32,000 nt of DNA from Candidatus Woesearchaeota archaeon (GTDB lineage Archaea; Nanobdellota; Nanobdellia; Woesearchaeales; GCA-2686295), in NCBI GenBank assembly GCA_002686295.1, contig NZBB01000038.1:1-32000 (forward strand). The letters are read 5' to 3'. The notes under the pieces were generated by a model. The model did not search any database. It saw nothing but the letters and a program-made list of their open reading frames with translations, and was not told where the DNA came from. Position numbers and translations under genes: made by a program. Shown piece after piece: positions 25,698 to 32,000 of this stretch (within the stretch, counting starts at the first letter, position 1; each line of letters begins with the position of its first letter).

Positions 25698-26624
25698 TCA
25701 TGATTTGAGTTCTTTTTCAATAATTTTTTTGAATGTTTTAAAAGATTTTGGACCTACAATAGTTTCTTTGCCATTTATAAAAAAAGTAGGCGTACCATAT
25801 ATTCCTGCTAAAAATCCATCCTTATAATCATTATCTAATTCAGAAGAATATTTTTGAGAGATAAAACATTCATCATATTGAGTCATATTTATACCTAGTG
25901 GTATTACTAAATCTCTTAATACTTGATTATCAAGAAGGTCTTGATTTCTAAATATTGAAAAATAATAATCCCAATATGCTTCTCTATCCTGTTCAAAAAC
26001 ACATTGTGCACTTAAAGAAGGCTCGTGTGCGTGTTCATGAATGCTTAAAGGAAAATCTCTGTATACAAAATAAATTTTGTCTTGATATTGGGAGTATAAT
26101 TTTTGTACAACTTCTTCTGCCACTTGTTTTGTATATGGACATTTAAAGCAACCAAATTCTATAATTGTTACTTTTGCATCTGAATTTCCAAACCAAGGAT
26201 CATCATCAATAGAAACTATTTCAGGTTTTAGATTTCCTTTATTTCTTATCTCGCTATGACCACCTGCACCTGTTGCAGAAGGGTTAAAAGGACAAAAAGC
26301 AGTTGAATCTTCCCCATTACAATTATCAAACATCACTAAATTATATATTCCTAAGATAGAATAAACTAGACTAACTATCAATAAGATTGTAAAGAACCAT
26401 GATATAACTTCAAAATGTTTATATATCCATCTGCCGGTTTTTCGGTGTTTCCTCATTAACTTTCCAGTTATCTGGGCTTTCAATCTTTTATCAAGACCAG
26501 TAGTGCATTTTCTAATGGTAATTCTTTTAAGAACACAATCCAAAGCTTCTTTAGCTATTATTCTATGAGATGCACTAAAGATTCCAAGAATTCCAAAAAC
26601 TATCAGTGCTATTACACAAATCAT
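25698..26624 (-). CDS. Membrane-anchored DsbA-like thiol:disulfide oxidoreductase
   Basis: The N-terminal region has 2 TM helices and a basic loop ('DCVLKRITIRKC'). The periplasm-side Trx fold has 'FGCFKCPYT' (CxxC) and 'GIYGTPTFFINGK' (cis-Pro loop). Confidence 0.75.
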   Translation of the reverse strand: MICVIALIVFGILGIFSASHRIIAKEALDCVLKRITIRKCTTGLDKRLKAQITGKLMRKHRKTGRWIYKHFEVISWFFTILLIVSLVYSILGIYNLVMFDNCNGEDSTAFCPFNPSATGAGGHSEIRNKGNLKPEIVSIDDDPWFGNSDAKVTIIEFGCFKCPYTKQVAEEVVQKLYSQYQDKIYFVYRDFPLSIHEHAHEPSLSAQCVFEQDREAYWDYYFSIFRNQDLLDNQVLRDLVIPLGINMTQYDECFISQKYSSELDNDYKDGFLAGIYGTPTFFINGKETIVGPKSFKTFKKIIEKELKS

Positions 26625-26710
26625 AATTTAAAAAAAAACTATTTGCTTAAAAACTTTTTGAACAAAATCGAAATTTTAACCAAAAAAAATCAAAATTTAA
26701 TATAGTAAGT

Positions 26711-26758
26711 TTTATATAATGAAAGTGTTTTGAAGTTCTATAAAAAAGAGGAGCTATA
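26711..26758 (+). promoter_or_regulatory. smc promoter/RBS region
   Basis: TTTATATA lies at 26711-26718. A GAGGAG SD lies at 26748-26753, 5 nt before the ATG at 26759. Confidence 0.4.
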
Positions 26759-29700
26759 ATGACGAGAATATTGAAGCTTGAGATGAAGGGTTTTAAATCC
26801 TTTGTTAGAAAAACAGAAATTCCTTTTGGAGATAAGTTTAATGTTGTTTTAGGTCCTAATGGTTCTGGCAAGAGCAATGTTCTTGACGCTTTATGTTTTG
26901 TTCTTGGAAAATCATCTGCAAAAGGATTGAGAGCAGAAAAATCTGCAAACTTAATATATAATGGTGGAAAGAAAAGAAAACCTTTCAAAGAAGCTGAAGT
27001 TTCAATATATTTTGACAATTCAAAAAAAATATTCCCTGTAGAAACTCAACAAATAAAACTCTCAAGAATTATTAGACAAACAGGACAATCAAAATATAAG
27101 ATTAATGATGAAACAAGAACCAGACAGCAAATTCTTGAATTATTGAGTATTGCAAAGATAAATCCTGATGGTTACAACATAATATTACAGGGGCAGATTA
27201 CAAAATTAGTTGAGATGACAACTATAGAGAGGAGAGGAATAGTTGAAGAGATTGCAGGAGTTTCTGTTTATGAAGAAAAAAAAGAGAAAGCACTCAGAGA
27301 ATTAAATAGAGTTGAAGAAAGATTAAATGAAGCAGACATAATACTTACTGAGAGAAAAGCCTATTTAAGGGAGTTAAAAAAAGAGAAAAAACAAGCAGAA
27401 AAATTCAAAGAATTAGATACTAATATTAAGAGAAATAGAGCTTCAATGCTTTCAGCCCACATAAAAGAAAAAGAACACTCGCTTAAAGAATGGAATTCTT
27501 CTATAAAAAAGAATGAAAAACAACTTGAAATCCTTCAAAATAAAGTAAAATCTTTAAAAGAAAAAATTGAAAAAAAGAAAAAAGAAGTACAATCAATTAA
27601 TGAAGAAGTAGAAGAAAAAGGAGAAAAGGAACAGGTTGAATTAAACAGGTCTATAGAAAGTATAAAAGTTGATTTAGCATTAAAAAAACAACAATTAGAA
27701 ACCGCTAAGCAAGAAACAGACAAATTAGCAAAAAGAAGAAGAGAACTCGAAGAAAATAAAAAATCTTTATTGAAAAAAATAAGTATAGCTGAAAATGCCA
27801 AAAAAGACACCAATAAAAGAATTGCTAGAAAAGAAGAAGAGCTTAAAAACATAGATTCTAAACTTGATTCTTTTAGAAATAAAAACAATCTTGGAAATGC
27901 CCAAGAACTAGATAAAAAAATAGAAGAAATAGATTCAAAAGCAGAATTACTACAAAATGAAATAAACATTCTGAGAGAGAAACAACAAAACGCTTTCAGA
28001 GAGAAAGACAAATATGAAGTTATGTTGCAAGGAATAGACAGCAAAATAGAAAAAGTCCTATCAATAAAGAAAGAAAACAAAGAAGCATTAAATAAACTAA
28101 AAGAAAACAAAGAAAAATTCAAAGAAGTAATGACTAATCTAAACACCTGCTTGGAAGAAGAAGCTTCGATAGGATCACAATTAGATAATGCAAAAAACAA
28201 ATTATTGTCTAAAAAAGAAAAATTATCAAAGCTTAAAATTAGGTCTGCAGGATTAAGAGAACAAATAGCTGGTGACAAAGCCATAAAATCAATTCTTGAA
28301 AAAAAGTTCTCAGGAATTAAGGGTATTGTAAGTCAATTAGGATCTGTGAAAACAGAATATTCATTGGCTCTTAGAACTGCTGCGGGTGCCAGAATTAAAA
28401 GCTTGGTTGCAGACAATGATGAAGTAGCTTCTAAGTGCATAACTTTTCTAAAAGAAAACAGACTTGGAACAGCTAATTTTTTGCCATTAAACAAATTAAG
28501 GCCTACAATAATAAAGACAGAGCTAAGAAACTTAAAAGGAGAAGGAATTATTGGCTTAGCAATAGATTTAGTTGATTACGAACCAAAATATGAGAAAGTG
28601 TTCCAATATGTTTTTGGAAATACATTGGTTGTTGAAAATGTTGATGTTGCTAGAAGAATAGGCATAGGAAGAGTAAGAATGGTTACTGTTTCAGGCGATA
28701 TTATAGAGACTAGCGGAGCAATGCAAGGAGGCTTCAGAGCTAAAACTCTTGGTATTGGATTTTCAGAAAAAGAAGTTACAGAACAAGTATCAACTCTAGA
28801 ATCAGAAATTAAAGATTTAGAAAATGTTGTTTCAAAGCTTGAAATAAAGAAAAAAAATAATGAACACAACATATCAAATTACCGAAATGAAAAAATAGAA
28901 TTAGAGACAGAGATAATGAAAACAGAGAAACTATTGCATATAGATTCTGACGATACATATGCATCACAAGAAGATAAGAAAAAACTAACATCAGAGATAA
29001 ATGCTTTAGAAGAAAAAATAAGCGAATTAACATCAACTGTTTCTGAAAAAAATAGGTCTCTTGCAACTTTAAAATCTGAGAAGCAACATTTAAGAGATAA
29101 AATGACTGAGTTGAGAAATCCTGTTGTGTTAGCAGAGATAAACACTTTTGATCAAAAAAAACAAGAATTAAAAGAGGAAATATTGGATATTAAAAGTGAC
29201 TTAAAAGCAAACGAAACTGAATTAACAAATTTATTTAAACCAGAACTTGAAAGAACAAAAGAAATATTAAATAAAGAAATAAATAATGAACAAGAAAGAT
29301 TCCAAATAGAAGAAAAGGAACTTACAAAAATAGTTAAAGAACAGACAAAAAAACTTCAAGAAAAAGAAAAAAAACAAACAAAATTCTACTCACAATACAA
29401 GGGTTTGTTCAAGAAAAGATCCGAATCTGAAAAAAATATTTCCTCTTCTGAAAATAGTTTATCAAACAGACAAGGTGATATAAGAAGAATAGAACAGAAA
29501 AATAATTCTTTATCAATTGAAAAAGCAAAAATAGTTGGAGAATTAGAAGGTTTAAAAGAAGAATTTAAACAATTTGAAGGAGTAAAATTATACAAAAATA
29601 AAACAGATGACGAAATAAAAAGAGAGATACATCAATTCGAGAGAATAGTTGAAGATATTGGGACGGTCAATATGAAATCCTTAGAAATCTACAAGAAAGC

Positions 29701-30247
29701 ATCAAACGAATATGAAAATTTATCAGAAAAAAAGAATAAACTTGTATCTGAAAGAGAAGATGTATTGGTGATGATAAATGAGATTGACAGCAAGAAAAAA
29801 GAATTATTTATGAAAACTTTTGAGATAGTGAATGAAAACTTTAAACGAATTTTTTTAACTTTGTCAACAAAAGGTTCAGCGTATATTTCTTTAGAAGACA
29901 AAAAAGATCCTTTTGCAGGAGGAGTTAATATCAAAGTAAAGATTAGCAACAAGAAATTCATGGATATGAGAAGTTTTAGTGGAGGAGAAAAAACCCTTAT
30001 AGCATTAGCATTCTTATTTGCGGTTCAAGAACATGAACCGGCTTCATTCTACGTCCTTGATGAAGTTGATTCCGCTCTTGACAAGAAAAACTCTGAAAAG
30101 CTTGCGGGTTTAATAGATGACTATTCTAAAAAAGCACAATACATAATGATTAGCCATAATGATGGAATAATAAATTGTGCAGAGATTCTTTTTGGTGTCA
30201 GCATGGCTGGCCACAATGAAAGTAAGGTTACAAGTTTGAAGATTTAA
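26759..30247 (+). CDS. smc: Chromosome segregation ATPase SMC
   Basis: Walker A is 'GPNGSGKSN'. Long Lys/Glu coiled coils flank a central hinge ('GIKGIVSQLGSV...'). The signature is 'FSGGEKTLIALAFLFA' and Walker B is 'FYVLDEVDSALD'. Confidence 0.95.
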   Translation: MTRILKLEMKGFKSFVRKTEIPFGDKFNVVLGPNGSGKSNVLDALCFVLGKSSAKGLRAEKSANLIYNGGKKRKPFKEAEVSIYFDNSKKIFPVETQQIKLSRIIRQTGQSKYKINDETRTRQQILELLSIAKINPDGYNIILQGQITKLVEMTTIERRGIVEEIAGVSVYEEKKEKALRELNRVEERLNEADIILTERKAYLRELKKEKKQAEKFKELDTNIKRNRASMLSAHIKEKEHSLKEWNSSIKKNEKQLEILQNKVKSLKEKIEKKKKEVQSINEEVEEKGEKEQVELNRSIESIKVDLALKKQQLETAKQETDKLAKRRRELEENKKSLLKKISIAENAKKDTNKRIARKEEELKNIDSKLDSFRNKNNLGNAQELDKKIEEIDSKAELLQNEINILREKQQNAFREKDKYEVMLQGIDSKIEKVLSIKKENKEALNKLKENKEKFKEVMTNLNTCLEEEASIGSQLDNAKNKLLSKKEKLSKLKIRSAGLREQIAGDKAIKSILEKKFSGIKGIVSQLGSVKTEYSLALRTAAGARIKSLVADNDEVASKCITFLKENRLGTANFLPLNKLRPTIIKTELRNLKGEGIIGLAIDLVDYEPKYEKVFQYVFGNTLVVENVDVARRIGIGRVRMVTVSGDIIETSGAMQGGFRAKTLGIGFSEKEVTEQVSTLESEIKDLENVVSKLEIKKKNNEHNISNYRNEKIELETEIMKTEKLLHIDSDDTYASQEDKKKLTSEINALEEKISELTSTVSEKNRSLATLKSEKQHLRDKMTELRNPVVLAEINTFDQKKQELKEEILDIKSDLKANETELTNLFKPELERTKEILNKEINNEQERFQIEEKELTKIVKEQTKKLQEKEKKQTKFYSQYKGLFKKRSESEKNISSSENSLSNRQGDIRRIEQKNNSLSIEKAKIVGELEGLKEEFKQFEGVKLYKNKTDDEIKREIHQFERIVEDIGTVNMKSLEIYKKASNEYENLSEKKNKLVSEREDVLVMINEIDSKKKELFMKTFEIVNENFKRIFLTLSTKGSAYISLEDKKDPFAGGVNIKVKISNKKFMDMRSFSGGEKTLIALAFLFAVQEHEPASFYVLDEVDSALDKKNSEKLAGLIDDYSKKAQYIMISHNDGIINCAEILFGVSMAGHNESKVTSLKI

Positions 30248-31365
30248 TTTTTCTTTAAAACACCATTTATAGCTTCCATTATGTTGGTGGAAGTAACACT
30301 CCAAACAAAATTTTTAGAAACTGTTTGTCTAGCATTTTTACCAAGTTTTTTTCTTAGTTCTGATTTTCTAATCAAAAGATCTATTTTTTTATACAAATCA
30401 TATGCATTCTGCTTGTCAAACAATAATCCGTTAAATCCGTTTTTAATGTAATCTTTAACAAAACCAACCTTTGTAGAAATCACTGCAACCTCACACGACA
30501 TAGCTTCCAATGTTGAAAGAGAAGTTGTTTCTGTGAGTGAAGGAAGAACATATATATCCATTGCTTGAATAAACGGAACGACATTATTTTGTCTTCCAGA
30601 AAAAATAACTCCTTTTTTTTTGTAAAACATTTTTTCTACATCTTTTGGTCCAGAGCCAATAAGTAGTAAATTCACATTTTTATGATTTGATTTAACTCTT
30701 ACAAAAGCTCTTAACAAAGTTTTTAAGTTTTTTTCTCTACCAAGTCTACCATGATAACCTATTACTAAATCATCGCTTTTCAGACCAATTTTTTTCTTTG
30801 ATTGTCTTTTGTTTCCCTTAGTAAATTTATTAGCATCAACCCCCAAATGAACCACTCTTTTCATAGTTTTTATGTTTTGCCAACTAAGCATATCCGCAAT
30901 ATTATCTGCAGGAACAATAAGTAGATCACATTTATTGTAAAGGCTTTTAACAAGTTTTTTTGTGGTTGGATAGAATATTTTTTTCATCAAAAGTAAAGAA
31001 GTAGCTTTTGGAAATAATTCCCATTCAATGTTATGTATGAATGATATTAAAGGTTTTGATAATCTTTTTGCAGCCAGAATTGATGCAATACCAATAGGAC
31101 CTATAGTTTGTGTGAAAACTGCATCTGCATTTTTTATTATTGAACGTATTTTAAAATATTTAAATTTTGCAATTTGAAAATCTCCAAAAACAATTTTTGT
31201 TAAAGGTATCTTAAAAACTTTAAAGTCTTGTTTTGTCTCTCCAAAATCAGGAGCTATTACTATTATTTCATGTTCCTTTGATATTTTTGGTGTTATCTCT
31301 GATAAAAATCTTGATATACCATCCCATCTTGGCAAGTAGTTGTCAGTTGCTATAACTAGTTTCAT
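30244..31365 (-). CDS. GT4-family (GT-B) glycosyltransferase
   Basis: 'PSLTETTSLSTLEAMSCEVAVISTKVGFVKDYIKNGFNGLLF' contains the EX7E region. 373 aa. Its 3' end overlaps the convergent smc by 4 nt. Confidence 0.8.
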   Translation of the reverse strand: MKLVIATDNYLPRWDGISRFLSEITPKISKEHEIIVIAPDFGETKQDFKVFKIPLTKIVFGDFQIAKFKYFKIRSIIKNADAVFTQTIGPIGIASILAAKRLSKPLISFIHNIEWELFPKATSLLLMKKIFYPTTKKLVKSLYNKCDLLIVPADNIADMLSWQNIKTMKRVVHLGVDANKFTKGNKRQSKKKIGLKSDDLVIGYHGRLGREKNLKTLLRAFVRVKSNHKNVNLLLIGSGPKDVEKMFYKKKGVIFSGRQNNVVPFIQAMDIYVLPSLTETTSLSTLEAMSCEVAVISTKVGFVKDYIKNGFNGLLFDKQNAYDLYKKIDLLIRKSELRKKLGKNARQTVSKNFVWSVTSTNIMEAINGVLKKN

Positions 31366-32000
31366 TTTTCTTTGTAAAATATTTCAACGTATTTTGTGTG
31401 ATGTGTTAATCCATTCCAGAAATTTTTAAGATACATTGTTATCAATGGCAAAAAATTCATAAATCCTTGAACATTGAACTGACTTTTGAAACATTTCAAA
31501 GCCCTAATTTTTTTATCAAAAGTTTGTGAAATATCAACTGCTAACTGATGATGTTTTTTTTTATCCCATCTGAAAGTGTTCCAAATATCAAATGTGTAAA
31601 CTTCTGTTTTAAAAGGTAATTCATCAGCAATATCTAATACTATTGTAGAAGTTATTTTATGTAATGGATGAGGATCTTGTTTTGAATGAGTAAATATTTT
31701 TATTGGTTTAAGATTTTTAATCAAAGTTTTTAGTTTATTCTTAGCTTTTAATAATTCTTCTTCTTTACCAGCATGTTTCTCTGCGAGCCTTAAGAAATGA
31801 ATTTTTTCCCCTCCAATTATTTTATCAGCCTGTAAAGACTCCTTTTCTCTTGTTCTTACAATTATGTTTTCTTGAAAATGAGGATGGGATATCTCTCCCT
31901 GAGAGAATATAATTGTATGAACAGATAATCCTTCCAAAACATACTTTGCAGCTGTTCCTCCAACACCTATTATCTGATCATCTGAATGAGCTGCAACTAT
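31362..32000 (-). CDS. PIG-L/LmbE-family N-acetylglucosaminyl deacetylase (5' end outside window)
   Basis: The reading frame stays open to base 32000. My own translation of 31938-32000 gives 'IVAAHSDDQIIGVGGTAAKYV' (AHxDD motif), followed by 'DPHPLH'. ATGA overlap with the GT4 gene. Confidence 0.75.
   Translation of the reverse strand: MVAAHSDDQIIGVGGTAAKYVLEGLSVHTIIFSQGEISHPHFQENIIVRTREKESLQADKIIGGEKIHFLRLAEKHAGKEEELLKAKNKLKTLIKNLKPIKIFTHSKQDPHPLHKITSTIVLDIADELPFKTEVYTFDIWNTFRWDKKKHHQLAVDISQTFDKKIRALKCFKSQFNVQGFMNFLPLITMYLKNFWNGLTHHTKYVEIFYKEK

Noticed and set aside
26647-27018. 123-aa minus-strand ORF across the smc promoter and Walker A region
   Set aside because: It is antisense to the highly conserved SMC N-terminus and its sequence is the mirror of that coding region. 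There is no independent support.
27535-29961. Series of antisense ORFs (27535..28284, 28576..28872, 28809..29145, 29386..29595, 29689..29961) inside smc
   Set aside because: They are Ser/Phe/Leu-rich shadows of the Lys/Glu-rich coiled-coil codons (AAA/GAA read backwards gives TTT/TTC). This is typical non-coding antisense.
1-32000. CRISPR arrays, tRNA/rRNA genes, IS elements, integrases, prophage or toxin-antitoxin modules
   Set aside because: There are no spaced direct repeats and no GC-rich ~75-nt islands in the few intergenic gaps (all under 200 nt). No transposase or integrase motif appears in any frame I read.
1-32000. Alternative genetic code (UGA or UAG reassignment, as in some candidate phyla)
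   Set aside because: TGA, TAA and TAG all terminate motif-complete genes at expected lengths. Examples are ATGA overlaps at 275, 16494, 18078 and 31362, and TAG at the hydG end. The standard code fits.

Overview
Strongly AT-rich, very gene-dense 32-kb window with about 33 credible CDSs, many joined by 4-8 nt start/stop overlaps. I saw no rRNA, tRNA, CRISPR array, transposase or integrase. All calls come from motif recognition by eye; no database search was possible. Lineage: TATA-like boxes sit about 26-28 nt upstream of the start codons of operon-first genes (leaderless-type). GGAG(G) Shine-Dalgarno sites occur only at internal genes, and there is a hydBGDA-type group 3b [NiFe]-hydrogenase. 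Together these suggest a small-genome uncultivated archaeon (DPANN-like), but this is inference, not proof. Layout: (i) 1-11.6 kb is a radical-SAM-rich sugar/aminocyclitol-tailoring-type cluster. It holds a PP-loop ATPase, a DegT aminotransferase, B12-type, twitch/SPASM-type and MTTase-like radical SAM enzymes, a carbamoyltransferase, two SGNH hydrolases, a methyltransferase, a GT-C-like membrane protein and a truncated fourth radical SAM gene. (ii) 12.0-15.1 kb is an arsR / 56-aa Cys-rich ORF / copA copper-efflux operon with a perfect palindromic operator. (iii) 15.2-23.8 kb holds hydBGDA, a Cas4-like nuclease, the hydrogenase maturation protease, an EamA transporter, HypA, HypC, an unusual extended HypC paralog and SufS. 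(iv) 23.9-26.6 kb holds two membrane-anchored extracytoplasmic thiol-disulfide oxidoreductases, one with three Trx-like modules. (v) 26.8-32 kb holds SMC and a translationally coupled GT4 / PIG-L pair. The best candidates for something undescribed are the radical SAM tailoring cluster, the HypC/HypC-fusion pair, the triple-module CPYG oxidoreductase, and an abrupt intragenic codon-usage switch at the domain boundary of the carbamoyltransferase gene.
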